Assembly (NCBI RefSeq): GCF_006345805.1
Contig: NW_021835991.1
Span: 310,001-374,000 of the forward strand
Reading direction: 5' to 3'
Length of the DNA: 64,000 bases
Origin: Octopus sinensis
Lineage: Eukaryota
The notes below the pieces were generated by a model. The model was not told the DNA's origin and searched no databases. It saw nothing but the letters and a program-made list of their open reading frames with translations. Of the stretch, positions 12,152 to 26,070 are shown piece after piece (the stretch's first letter is position 1; every line of letters begins with the position of its first letter). A program made the position numbers and the translations under genes.

Positions 12152-14599
12152 TTTTTTTTTGTTTTTAATGTTTTTTGACTTTTATTTCTTTCTAAAGTTA
12201 ATGTTATTTTTAACTATGTTCAGCATCTGTTTTGGTAGGTTCTTTAAGTCCCGTTGGTACTTGAGTTTTGTCGGTTTCTTGTGATTTTCTGTTAAAAATT
12301 GAGAAATTTGACTATCAATAATGAACTTCGGATTGTGTACAAATGTTTTTTATGTTATTAAGTCACTCTTTTAAACCCAAGTTTCTGATAAAAAATTCAT
12401 TATTTATTTGATTATTTCAAATAATGTTAATTTTATCCGGAATTTAATTACTATCAACATTTAGGGAATTGGTATATATTTTTTTAATTTTAGTTTATTG
12501 GACGGTGGTTCTCATTTAATCCAACTATTGTTTTTATGCAAATAAATTTTTCTTGAATTTTCAAAGAGATTTTCAAAATCTTAGTGTATTTTCTAATATA
12601 TCAAACCATAAAAATCCGTGTTTTGGCTTCTATTTGATTTGTAGACAAATGTTTATATTCCATTCAAATTTTTTAGATAAAATTTTGTAATTTATTTGTT
12701 GAATTTATTCTCAAATTGGTTTTATGATTATGACATGGTGTGCCAAGTTCATCTAGAAAATTTTTTCTCTGACCATTTTTTGATATTCACGAGCCGCTAT
12801 TTGCCGACCCCAGATTTTGCATAATTAATTCTTTCAAATATTTCAGCATTTCAATCAATCATTATTTTTTTAAGTAAAATAATTACCATCGCTCCAGAGA
12901 TCCCAGGGAATTTATATTCTTTATTCAGAGTATCTCGGTGGCTGTTTTACGCGGGAATTGTCTCTCAATCCTGCGACCCGGTACTTAATAGCTAGAATTT
13001 TTAATTGTTTTTTGGCTTAAAAAATAATTAAACAATTTATTCTTGTTTTACAACCTGTTTAAATGAATCAGATGAATTCTATTTAACCAACAGATTAATA
13101 TTAAAAAAAATTTGAATATCGGGTTGTAGTTTTGTATCTGCATTTAAATCAGCTTTACAATTAGACAAGATTAAATAAATTGTGTTTGTTAATTAAAATT
13201 TCAGAGCATATTTTAGAGAATTTAAGACCGATAATTATTTTGGTCTTAATTTAAGTAAGAATAATATTCTGTTCTTCGATGTTGTTTATTTTGGTCTTAA
13301 TTGAGGTGATTCCAATCTATTTTGTAATTTGATGTAGTTTGATTGAGGTGTTCTGGCAATTCTATTTTCATGTGATAGTGAACGTAGATTGCCTATAAGT
13401 GCAATTTAAAATTTTAAACAAGATTAATATACTTATCCAATCGCTTTAACAGTGACTTAATCTTATTTTTATAACTCTGCTTTTTCGAAGACTATTCAGA
13501 CTATTCACCAAATTTGGTTTTTTATGAAGAACGTTACCGGGGCCCGTTGGAACATTTCCGTCTTTTTGAAATTTTTTTATTATGAATAAATATTCTATTA
13601 TTTTTTAGAAGATTGCTATCCGTTCTCAATCATTCCTTATTTTAATTACAAAGTCAGTCATCATACTTCCTTAGCATTCATTAGGATGTTTCCACAAGTT
13701 TGTCAGTAGTAAAACTGATTGGATAATGTCCTTGTTGACTCCTTACTAGATCATTCATTCATATAAATGTTGAACCAGTTTGATACAATTCCATTTCAGG
13801 TTATAATCGTTGTTAGTTTTTTAAGTCTTTAGCGGGTCCTAAAGTCTTGAATGGGCTCCTTCAATTTTGTTATTTTTATGCCTATTTATTTGTTTTTATA
13901 TATAAATTTTGGAATATGTAAAATTATTTAAAGTAAATTTTTTGAAGTACCAAGAATGTCTGTTTCAAGGCAAAAATAAGGTAAAAAACCATCACTGTCG
14001 CTTGTGTTTGAAAACAAGGAAGATCAAAATTGAGTTAAACATCAATAGTCGTTAAAATAGCCGGAAATCATTTTTTTAATTGAAAAGCTAGTTAAAAACC
14101 TGGATTCGTGAATAAATTTGATCAATAAAAATCGACAAAGGCGTAATCGGCTAATTATAACTCAACTTTGCTTAAATTTTTTTATATACCTATCTCAAGT
14201 GTGGGTTAAAAATGGCTTTTTAATTTTTTACTAATTTTTTTAATAAATAATTATATTTTTAATTAACATTGACTTCTGGTTATACATTGACATAGCCTGC
14301 AATAAAAAAGTAATAAAAAATTAATAATACGTAAGATGTTTAACCAAAATGTCTTATTTCTACGGAAACCTCCAATCAAAATAAAAAATCAAATTTAGAG
14401 AGGAATTTAAAAATAAAGCACGCGATTTTTGTAAAAAAATATTTAATTGATGACTCACGAAAGAAAGCTGTAGAAGAACCTGCTGAAAATATCCAGATTG
14501 AGAATTCAGTATTTAAAAATTGGCAACATTTTTAATGTTATCCTATCAATTTTAGTTGATCATTTTTCTAGTATTTTTATAATTCTTGCATTAGAACGG

Positions 14600-16400
14600 G
14601 ACATGATCCACCCTTGTAACCCATACATCACCACATGAAGAATAGCTACACCGAAAAAGAATAACAAAGTCTCCGGGGGTAGGCGAAATTTAATTAGGCA
14701 CATAATAATTTGTGTAAACCGTTTTTTCCTTAGAATAATGTCTTCCTCACAACTTCCATTTTCAGAAAATTGGACTCGCAGTTACAAAAACGATTGGATT
14801 CGATCGTATATGGCAAGGTTTTGACACTTATTGCTAATACTTTAGTGAGCGTGCACTTCTCAATTGACAGAATCAAGTACTTAACTGTTTTATTTGTTCT
14901 AAGTAGGTTTTTAGTTTAATTTCCGACGTCTTCGGAAGGGCTGCCTTGTCCGTGATAATAATGTCATCAGCATAAATAAGCACATTCGTTGAGGTGCACA
15001 CAAATCTTGGAAAGTCTGCCAAATACACGTTAAACATTAATGGGCTAAAGAATAAGCCATGAGATACTTCCCTTTTTGAAGAATGGCTTTCGAATTTCGG
15101 CCAATATACTTGAAAAAGAGTTCCTCCCATTTATGTAGACGTTAAAAGATATTTTGTTATTATTTCTTTTGTCAAATGTCAAAGTTCAACATTTCCACGA
15201 CTAAACGTCCATTTAGAGAAAATTTCTTTTCTTTATTGTCTCGATTCCGAAATATCGTTTAAGTCTCAGTGTGGCAGCTGTCAGTTTGTGATCACTGTCA
15301 ATTGTCGTTCTTCCGTAACTACTAGAATTGGACAACAATCTCTATAATAAGATTGGGCAGGCAATATATTCGATTTAATTGTATCTAGATACAGCTGGCA
15401 TGTTTGGATCTCCTAATGCTGACCCTGTTTACACCACTCCGGAGTTCATATCGAGGACAAAGTCGTAGCCGACACTGCTACTATTGTCATTTTAGGAGCT
15501 CCTATAGTGCGGCCAGTTATCTTCGAAAGAGAGTATCGAGTAAATTCACGTTTATGCCTTTCAATACCAGCGTGAATTTTGACCTCAATTAATAAGTGGT
15601 TGTTTCCGATATCATCAAAACCTGTAGACTCTTCATCAGGTTGGCGACAGTTTAAAAGCAGATACTCAAAAATAAGTTGTCTGGGTCGCTGGGCGAGTGG
15701 TGGTTCGGGTCTTGAGAATTTCTGACAAATACATCGAGCTTGTTAGTAACTTTCTTCAGTGTACGACCATCCTGGTTAATAGTCCGGCAGCCAAACGCTG
15801 TGTTTCGAGTTTAGGTCTCTAACGAGAAGGCAATGAGCTGTGCTTGAGAAGAAATCGTCGATCAAGCTGGTGCAGGAGAATAGACTTTTGGAAGATACGC
15901 CTCCGACCTGGATGACAGGTGTTTACTATCTCAACAAAGTCTTGATGCTGTCTTTTGATAAATCGGGCATTCATAGCGATGATTTTTATAGGATCTATGT
16001 TGCTGGCGTGCTCCCCTCTAATAGGAGCTGTTGCAGCATCTCAGGTTCCAAACCGAGTTTTGTCAGGACTCCCACACAACAGCGAAAGAATTCCATAAGA
16101 GCATCTCTGTTGTACAGGTCCTGGTCTAAATGGGCATCTCTTTGCGGCAGGGTTTTGTCTCGAAGGGTGTTTGCCTTCTTGCGAGGACAGCCGAGCAGGT
16201 AGAGGCCTTCTCAGTTATTGAGGAAAGTTTATGACCGCCTTCGCCAAACATTTTAGTTTTCGAGAGCCTTGAATGCAGCTGTTTCCTCGGCGCACCGGAA
16301 TTTCTATGTTTCTGGATTTCTTTCCTTCTTTTAATAAGTGTATTCTTCGTGGTTTTATCGTCTATTCGAACTTTGATCATATTATGCGGCATCAAATGAA
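14600..16400 (-). mobile_element. decayed non-LTR retrotransposon (APE-type LINE; RT remnant plus probable ORF1 remnant)
   Basis: SPLMFNVYLADFP..VLIYADDIII at 14873-15130, and a higher-GC broken coding-like region upstream. Boundaries approximate. Confidence 0.6.
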
Positions 16401-17649
16401 TTTAATGTCTTTCTTTTCGTCAAATAAATATTTATTTAATTTCATTTAACTGTTATAATGTTATAAGGAAAAATTTCAACTACGAATAGAATGAAACATT
16501 GTGACAATCCACCATCAAGCAATATACTCAGTACGAGTGTATAATTATACTAATTAAATCCACAAATCAAAACTCCTTTAGAACAAATGTGCGTGTGAAT
16601 ACAGTAATGGTGACACTGACTTGCAGCAGCAAAAGAACACATTTTGTAGGAATTTCTCTGTATATATTTTTTGCGCGTTGTAAATTTAAATTCAAAATAT
16701 CTCTTAAAAAATAAATAATTAAAAAAAGGGATACGAGTTTACTCTCCGAGAATTACAAATTTAAAAAAATTGGAGAAATTATAAAACCGGTTTTTTTGCA
16801 CTCATTGTATATGTTATTCTTTTGCTGATCGCAAAATTTCTCGAAAGATACTTCGTTGAAATAAAAAAAAGACAAGAAACGAATACACCAATTGTGCCTT
16901 ATCTTACGCTATCCTGCGTAAAGCTCCAGAAACTATTTCTGAAAAGTACCACACAATCAATTTTAGTATTGTTTTCAATTAAATTTAAATTCAAATTATT
17001 TGACAATATATTACTTTATTTGTGCTTAGAACAGATAAGCCAAAAAATAAATACTGGGAAATCAAACAATACAACTGTTTTATTTTATGAAATGAAAATT
17101 CGGCATAGAATAAAAGTATAGCAAACATTAATAATCATTAAGTAATGTTGATTCAAACAAATAGAAAAATAAATTAAAAAATGTCTGAAAAATAAAATTA
17201 TATAGAACATTTAGAATCGATTTGACGATTGGAATTTAAAAAATTAGGGCATTAAAAAAAGTCATCAAAGTGAATAAAATAATATATTATTAAATCATAA
17301 ACTAAGGAATAATACATATCACAATATTGTAAAAACAAACTCATAACCAACAATTTTTTTAATTCATGGAAGGTTCTGAGCAAATATCAATATGCATAAA
17401 GTCCTTGAATAGAAATAATAGTTATGAATAAAAAATTAATATTTGCAGCAAAATAAGAACAACAAAAGAACGTGCGACTCTTGATAATTAATTAAAAGTG
17501 TGAATTTATAAATTTTTAGGTTTACCATTTAATAAATTAAACGATAATAATATAATTTAATATATAATTTAAATTTCTTAAATCCATGTATAGGAATCAT
17601 GATAGTTTGAAAAAAATTTAATATTATTTCTAGGCACATGACTGTGAAA

Positions 17650-18350
17650 AGTCGCATTGAGTTGGGAAATAGTGATTGTTGCCAAAGCCAAATTCGGGAG
17701 GAGGCCCGTGGCAGATGATTTCTGATTGGTGAGAATTAAAATCAGAAGTTTTCTACAGAAAAATCTATGGCCAATATTAAGAGCGTAGTGGGGTCAAGTG
17801 TTGAGGTTTATAAATGAACTGTCATTTAGTTGTGTGCTCAGATTAAAAATAACCAATTGATTCTAGGCAATCAAAAGAAATCTACGAGGAAAGTAGCAGG
17901 AAAAAGTCAACAAGGACCTTTGCGGGCTTAACAGGAGACAGCTCAAAGAGGAGAGATGGAAGTTGCCAAGTAATAGTCTGTACTCTTTCTTCAAGAAAAG
18001 AAAGTACCCAGACAAATGGTCTTACATAAGGATCACGTTCAGAGGATCGTCATGTGGTTCACCTTCTCGTGGAGACGATTGGATGCTGATTTCACATCAG
18101 CAACAAACAGAACCAATTTTTCCCCCTTGCCAACCAACCTGTCAACGGTTTGGTTGGTAGTGGCTACGGGACGAGCGCCAAGCTTACGTTCCCTGACTCT
18201 AATGTTCAGAGGAAAGAAGTGTTTAAACACTTCACATACATCACTTGCCAAATCTAAATCGTTAAATTTTGACAGGAATGGTTTTATGTCGAAGAAAACA
18301 CACATGGCTACAGATTATGTTGTTTGGAAATATAGTATCTAAACCTGCTT
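17650..18350 (-). mobile_element. probable retroelement RT remnant
   Basis: LVLFVADVKSASN..H resembles the RT motif D.K.AFN. Locally higher GC. Confidence 0.35.
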
Positions 18351-19929
18351 AGACATAAAACTAAGGATGCTAAAGGAAATGCAAAAAACTTTAACAAAAA
18401 CGAATCTACAAGAATCAGTTTTTTTGTAATATGCTACTGCCCGAGAAGACCACTGCCAAAGCAAGTCAAGCGAATTCTTTTCGAATATAACCACCTCAAA
18501 CGATTTGACAATATCTCTAATACATAAATGAAGGAAAAAAGATATACTGTTAAAATTATTAACACATAGCTCACATTTTTAAAATATCAGTTGAATTTTC
18601 TGAATTCTTTAAAAGAACTAAAATAGGAAAAACAATAAAAATTGATCAAATGAATCATATAATTAGTTATTAACTCACAAAAAAATATATTCTATTCTTT
18701 TTGAAAAAAAGAGCTCATTAAAAACATGAAAAAACAGTTTTTAATGATTTTCAGGAATGCAATTTAAATTAGATGACCCAAATAAAAGAATATAATTTTG
18801 AAATTTGAGATTTCATTGTGATTTTCAGTTTTTAATAATCTACCTGGGTCTTTCCACCAGTTTGATATTTTTTTGACTTCTTATTCTTACTACATAGAAT
18901 TTTTTTAAGAAAATAATTTTGGCTAACTTTTGTTTTTCTTTTTAAGATTTTCAGGAATCCAATTCAAATTAGATGACTCGAATTTCCAAAATTCGAAATT
19001 TCATAACGATTTTCAGTTTTTGATAATTTATTAGGCCCTTTCTACAAGTTCGATGTTTTTTAAAACAAAAATTTTGTTTAAGTTTCGTAGTTTTATCTTA
19101 AATTTTTTGAGATATAAACTTTAGAGGCACTTAATAAATCTATTTTCCCATTCTTAGGACCTACAAAGCTATACAATCTTCGTTATTACCTGATAAATCC
19201 ATATTTTAGATTTATAATTTTAAACTGAAATAAGGGTATTCCTTTTCGTATGATGTGATCGAGTCGTAAGGATTGATAAAGAAATATTCAAGTCTATTTA
19301 ACTTTTGGATTGCTAATCTTTCACGAGTTGGATTAAATTGGTCTGGTTTTATTGCAAAAGAAACAACTTTCCAGCTAGAATTAATTTTCGTCAACGTTCC
19401 CTGGCCGTAGGCCGATGAGTCCTTTTGGCATGATACAGTTGAAAAAGGGAATCTTTTTATTCCTGAATCAACTAATTTAGCGTGGCTTTATCTGCTCCAC
19501 CAAGTCAGTTGGATCTCGAAACGCCCAGGAGGAACCTAATACCCACATCAAAAGAACCTCTACTCATGGGAGATCCTCGTACCAGGACGATATACTTTCC
19601 ATAAAACCAAACCATCCCAGACAAAATTCCCAAGTCCATACAAATGCTGCAAACCGATTAGCCGCCAGATACGGTTTTGTGTGGACTGGTAGGAAGATTA
19701 CCAAACAAGGATGAGGTCGCTTTCAAAGTGCAACATAATCACGGATTAATTAGTTCCGTTATAACGTGTCTTGGTGACATAATAAATAAAATGGAAAATT
19801 CCTTTCACCTATTTAATTAGCAAAAAGAGTTGGATTGTATTTATTAGAGGATTTACATAGAAGATGGGAGGAAGGTTTGTGGAGTCTCCCCTTTTTGAAT
19901 ATAAAAGTGCGATCTACATTATTATTTTA

Positions 19930-20896
19930 TGAAATATAAAATAATATTTCTGACATCAAAGATATTGATAAAATTCTCTGAAGTTTAGGGATTGAGCAAC
20001 CTACTTTCCCATCATCGATGTCGAATTTAATTTGTAAATCTCATTTTTTATTTAATAAATGTGATAAGATTTTTTAATAATCAACTTATTAAAGAATTTT
20101 ATTTTTCAAATAAAATTTAGAACTTAAACAGTTTAATGAATAAATCTAAAAATTACTCTCTGAAAAATATCAAAACCTTCTCATTTGAAGTGGTACGATT
20201 GGTTCTTCTGCATTTCCAATAAAATTATATAATTCAGAAAAAGAATTTAAAAATTTTACTTTTTGAAGAAATTTAGAACTTTAATAAAAATAAATTAACA
20301 AAAAAACCTTATAAATAATTTTAAACACGAATAAAAGAATCTTGTCATTATTTTTGGATAGATTATATATAAAGTAACTATTTTCTTTTTTATCCTGGTC
20401 ATAAAAAAATAAAAATAACATTCTCTCTATTTTTAAATGAGCCTGTTGTAGCCAATAAAACGGAGGGAGATGTGCTGATGTGTTAGGGTATTGACAATAA
20501 ACAATAATCATGTTATTCATTACCTGTTTTTTGATTAGTTCCAACAAAAATCTAAAATGATGTTAGTTAGATTGTACATAAAAAGATTATCCATAATTTT
20601 AATATAATTATTATTTTCGGCTTTTGAAGGAAAATTAAATTCCCAGAAATATAGAATACATGTTTTTTCGTCAACAAAACCTGAATTTTTATTGCCCAAT
20701 TCATTTACCGCCATGTGAGTATACATCTAAATATGACTGTATTAATTTGAAATCATAATAAATTGAATATTGGCGATTATTATTTTTCTCTTCGTCATGA
20801 TACGTGAATTCTTAAACATTAATATTTATCAGTTTTACCATTTGAGTCATGAAGTGGAATAAGAGATGAATTATTGAGGCTGTGGGCTTCGTTCAT
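19930..20896 (-). CDS. hypothetical multi-exon protein; copy B (~43390-45710) is interrupted by a Ginger2 insertion
   Basis: ATG AAC GAA GCC.. at 20896 followed by exon-like ORFs (20535-20726, 20281-20547) separated by short GT-AG introns. No family recognised; 3' end approximate. Confidence 0.4.
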
Positions 20897-21254
20897 CGTT
20901 TTTTTAAATAAATAATTCGTTAATATATTGATATAATATATGCGCATTTTGAATTATTGCGATATTAATATTTCCGGATTGAGCTTATGATTTAAATATT
21001 TTAATTTATTTGATTCAAGTACACGAAAGGAGATTACAAACTAGGGCCAATGCACAGCTTCAAAGTTTGTCATTCCTTTGTGAAAAGATGGACTGATTGT
21101 TGACCAATTATTAAAAGGATTACTAAAACAATTGATGTAGAAAATCTCTTTAATCAACTATTTTTAAAAGAACTCTGAAGAATAACAGTTTTAATATTCG
21201 CCGAACAAGTCCTTTCCTGACATTTAGTCACCAGAAAGGGTTAGACTGCACCTA

Positions 21255-21510
21255 TTAGGGTATTTTTTTTTGAGAATCAAGAAAATTAGAGAAGGAGCGG
21301 ATGGACAGGCAATTTCCACGTAATATCGCGAACGATATCCGCTGAAAAAGCCAGCTCGTTTCACGACTGTCGTGACTCCTCCTCGAGATGATTGAACCAA
21401 TCTCTGAGAGGAGTTTGAGGGCTTTGGGTCCAATTATCCCACTGGTCTCGAAAGCCAGAGGAATGAAGCAGCAGGTATCGGTCAAAGAGGCATATTTAGC
21501 AGTTTTCCTA
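21255..21510 (-). mobile_element. CRE-clade retrotransposon 3' fragment (also 24726-24980 and 46120-46350)
   Basis: FIPLAFETSGIIGPKA..LFQRISFAILRGN matches the C-terminus of the 36915-40001 protein. Confidence 0.85.
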
Positions 21511-21660
21511 GATTAGGATATTTATACAGAAAATGGGAAAGAGATTTTTGTAGTTTCTTTTTGTTGAATATAAAGGAGCAATACTTGATTACAAAATTAA
21601 TTAAACTAAAATAGAAATGGTTTTTTTTTAAATCAAATTAATATAGAAAATCAAAGTCAT

Positions 21661-22599
21661 CTAAATAAATGGGATTCCGATCCAGGTAGTATTCCTATAT
21701 ACCTGGTATTGTGATCCAAAAAATGATAGTAAAAGAGCTTCTTCATTATTAATCCGTTTCTTAAAAAAATAAAGCATCCAACAAAAAAACAGAACAGTCG
21801 AAAACGGATTAACCAACGTAATCTATAACAATAACAAAAATCTTAAATACCTGAGTCCCAACAGAGAAATAAAAAAATCCAACATAAGCAGGATGCCGAA
21901 AATACTTATAGACTCCATTTTTTATTAGATCATGATCCCGACGTAGTTTGGATTCTATTTGATGACTATAGTTACTCCCGAGTGTTAGGATTGAGACCTT
22001 TCTCAATAAATCTGCCAACAAAGAAATCAATATTCCCAAAATCGATAAAAATTTAAAATTTTCTCTGAAACCTTGAAAATATTAAAAAAGATGAAAAACC
22101 GGGAAATAAGAAAATAGAAACAAAATATTCAAAAATTGCTATCCCCATCGCATAAAAGTAATCTCCATTTGTAAAAAGAAACGATTCGTTTGAAAAATCA
22201 TAAACTTTTGCAACATTGGCACATATAAATTCTAAATAATGAAACATGCACAGTTGTATGAGAAATATTCCAAATAGTATATGCTTTGACCAAAATAGTA
22301 CAAAAAGAGCCCAATGGACAAAACTAATCCCAAAATCGTTGAGTTTTTTATAATCTACAAAAATTGAATTAAAAATGAAACGTTTTTATATTCAGAATAA
22401 TTATTTTGAGGTCCATTTTTTAGGATAAAATAAACCGAAATTGTTTGAAAGAAAATTAACAATGTTAAATAAGCATTCTTAAGGTAAAAAATAAATATGG
22501 TTGAAGAGCCTAATAAGAAAGAAATCAATGAGAATATTAATGAAGTATTGTGGGAATCGTTCTAATTTTTATTATAAATAAAAAAACGTTAAAAATCAT
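21661..22599 (-). CDS. ICMT: isoprenylcysteine carboxyl methyltransferase, copy 1 (4 micro-introns; one homopolymer frameshift near 22305)
   Basis: FHYLEF, LRKVSILTLGSNYSHQI..HDLIKNGVYKYFRHPAYVGFFYFSVGTQ, NPFS..RINNEEALLLSFFGSQYQVYRNTTWIGIPFI* are the canonical ICMT/Ste14 motifs. Confidence 0.92.
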
Positions 22600-23609
22600 T
22601 TCTGGTCAGTCCACAAGAAGTGATAATCTTATAATTAGAATTTATTTATCAGACATAATTTCATTTTAATTTGAAATAAATTTTAATAATAATCTCTGTT
22701 CTCTTTCAACGCATATTCCACGTTTTATAATAAATATATCAACTTCGCCAACTCGGACGTTGTGGCAATGATAGAGTTTTATTAACCGTGCTTACTAGTT
22801 CAAGGAAATAAGACCAGGAACAAAAGACAGCTGTGGAAATACGGAACACTATCGAGGCCCTGATAAGTTACTGAGCACAGATTGAGAAGGAAATGCCCAA
22901 CTCGATTTTATTGCGTGCTACTACATAAATACGGAAAATTTCAGTGTTGCAGTTTATAAGACATTGACAAGAGCTGGTGAGTCATGTGGTGAAGGAATGT
23001 GTAGGGACTCTGTCCACCACGGGACATTTAAATAACTTTATTTTCTCAATAGATCTACGTAGTTTTGGAAAAGCCAGATTACTGGATAAAGCGCGGAGTG
23101 CCCATGATATGCGCTCTCAGTCAATTTTCTTCCTTTTCGAGCCTGCGCTTGGCTCTGCGGTCATTCTCAGTTTGATGGGCACACTCGGCAAAGCTTACTC
23201 CGTTGTTCCGTTTATAAACCAATCCATTAGGGATTCTTCCAGCTGGACCATTCCAAACTTATGTTTTGCACACATATTCTTCAATGTTCTCCAGATAACC
23301 ACTCTAAACTATATTAACTCGTCATTCGTTTTTGAGAATTGGTTTGTTTAACACTTTTCAATTAGTCTAAATTATTAACATTTGATTCATCGCTAATTTC
23401 ATTATTTGGATTTTCTCACACTTTCTATTGCTTAGTTAAGACCTCTCACACTTTATTTTTATGTAAATGGCTTTAAAAGGAATAATCTGAGATGTAATTT
23501 TTTTAATGCTTACATTATCTGGAAATTCATCATGTGTATTTTTTGAGTTTATTCCTATAATCTGTTTATATATTAAAATTTTCGGTTTTGCGAATTGGTT
23601 TGTTTATCG

Positions 23610-23720
23610 CAGGGGTGGCCAACCTTTTTCACCGGCGAGCTACTTTTCATATTGCGATTTTTTGGCGATCGACTTATATATTTTATCGCCGCTTTCTTGC
23701 ACTGTTTTTTGATTGAGGGA
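23610..23720 (+). mobile_element. isolated hAT terminal fragment (also ~27082 and ~50954)
   Basis: CAGGGGTGGCCAACCTTTTTCACCGGCGAGCTACTTT..GCGATCGAC is typical of a hAT end. No partner TIR found. Confidence 0.55.
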
Positions 23721-23949
23721 AACTATAAAAAGTAATCAAATTTGGGGATCACCAACCAACATTGATTTGCTTGATAAATGGTCTCTTTATCCAAATGTTG
23801 ATCAGTTCGAGATTGATAGAAGACTCGTGGTTGATCTAACATATAAATCAATTTATTTTGTTAAATGCATGAATAGATAGGCTGAAATGGAATAAAATTC
23901 ATTGGATATTCATATGAATTATACGCGTTTCTGCGTGTGGAATTTGTTG

Positions 23950-24620
23950 TATCTCCAGATTCACCTTTAAAATACGTTTCTATCACTGATACGGTGTGAT
24001 TGTAGTTATTAGCCATGCATAGAGGCATGTATGTATCTCTTATTTACAGTAACTGATTATTTTAAAATTCAAAAAAGTCAAACCGAGAGTATTTTGACGA
24101 TGTAGTATGTGCTACAGTTATCGACATATAAATTCCATTTAACCTCGAACATTCGTCATCCAGTCAAGTAGCCTTTGGTGATTTCAGTGAGCTGGTGGTT
24201 CTGAAGTAACTGTCATGAATACATCACGACAATATTTTTTCAGTACTCATTTCAATACTGTCGAATATTCCGTTTACTTCGATGAATCTTTTGGAGATTA
24301 TTCCTTTGACTTTTGTTTGGGTCTGGTCAAAAATGAGGAATACGAGTCTAAAAATGTGATTTGATAAATATGATTCTACTTTTACCCACAGATATAAGGT
24401 CATCAAGTGTTGCCCCGACTTTTCTCTTTCTTCGGAAGAGTGGGTTTTTTTCGAGCTTTATAAAACCGAAGTAGCTGGAAAAAAGTGCAAGATGGCTGTC
24501 AGCCATCATATTTGTGGTAATTTATGATTAAAGTTTAGTTACTCTGAGAGATAATATTCAAGCTGATATTGTATAAGATAGGAAAGCGCAGCTTATATTC
24601 TTTATGAAGTTCATATGGGT
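23950..24620 (-). mobile_element. possible highly decayed Ty1/copia RT-RNaseH remnant
   Basis: FIKLEKNPLF..TLDDLISVG and LYVDNCST resemble the copia YVDD and Y.DN.SA motifs. Frames are broken. Confidence 0.3.
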
Positions 24621-25131
24621 CCATTCTAAACGATTTCAACTGCAAACGTAACGTTAATCTAGAGTCTAGATTCTAGACTCTCCTTTCCTGACATTTAGTC
24701 ACCAGAAAGGGTTAGACTGCACCTATTAGGGTATTTTTTTTTGAGAATCAAGAAAATTAGAGAAGGAGCGGATGGACAGGCAATTTCCACGTAATATCGC
24801 GAACGATATCCGCTGAAAAAGCCAGCTCGTTTCACGACTGTCGTGACTCCTCCTCGAGATGATTGAACCAATCTCTGAGAGGAGTTTGAGGGCTTTGGGT
24901 CCAATTATCCCACTGGTCTCGAAAGCCAGAGGAATGAAGCAGCAGGTATCGGTCAAAGAGGCATATTTAGCAGTTTTCCTAGATTAGGATATTTATACAG
25001 AAAATGGGAAAGAGATTTTTGTAGTTTCTTTTTGTTGAATATAAAGGAGCAATACTTGATTACAAAATTAATTAAACTAAAATAGAAATGGTTTTTTTTT
25101 AAATCAAATTAATATAGAAAATCAAAGTCAT

Positions 25132-26070
25132 CTAAATAAATGGGATTCCGATCCAGGTAGTATTCCTATATACCTGGTATTGTGATCCAAAAAATGATAG
25201 TAAAAGAGCTTCTTCATTATTAATCCGTTTCTTAAAAAATAAAGCATCCAACAAAAAAACAGAACAGTCGAAAACGGATTAACCAACGTAATCTATAACA
25301 ATAACAAAAATCTTAAATACCTGAGTCCCAACAGAGAAATAAAAAAATCCAACATAAGCAGGATGCCGAAAATACTTATAGACTCCATTTTTTATTAGAT
25401 CATGATCCCGACGTAGTTTGGATTCTATTTGATGACTATAGTTACTCCCGAGTGTTAGGATTGAGACCTTTCTCAATAAATCTGCCAACAAAGAAATCAA
25501 TATTCCCCAAATCGATAAAAATTTAAAATTTTCTCTGAAACCTTGAAAATATTAAAAAAGATGAAAAACCGGGAAATAAGAAAATAGAAACAAAATATTC
25601 AAAAATTGCTATCCCCATCGCATAAAAGTAATCTCCATTTGTAAAAAGAAACGATTCGTTTGAAAAATCATAAACTTTTGCAACATTGGCACATATAAAT
25701 TCTAAATAATGAAACATGCACAGTTGTATGAGAAATATTCCAAATAGTATATGCTTTGACCAAAATAGTACAAAAAAGAGCCCAATGGACAAAACTAATC
25801 CCAAAATCGTTGAGTTTTTTATAATCTACAAAAATTGAATTAAAAATGAAACGTTTTTATATTCAGAATAATTATTTTGAGGTCCATTTTTTAGGATAAA
25901 ATAAACCGAAATTGTTTGAAAGAAAATTAACAATGTTAAATAAGCATTCTTAAGGTAAAAAATAAATATGGTTGAAGAGCCTAATAAGAAAGAAATCAAT
26001 GAGAATATTAATGAAGTATTGTGGGAATCGTTCTAATTTTTATTATAAATAAAAAAACGTTAAAAATCAT
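25132..26070 (-). CDS. ICMT: ICMT copy 2 (tandem duplicate; homopolymer frameshift near 25235)
   Basis: Near-identical to copy 1. Confidence 0.88.

Noticed and set aside
12200-14600. Scattered coding-like patches and a hAT-end-like motif near 12790-12812
   Set aside because: No coherent gene or element could be reconstructed by eye.
22977-23351. 124-aa ORF repeated at 26448
   Set aside because: Non-ATG start, no motifs, disrupted in copy B; probably decayed repeat DNA.
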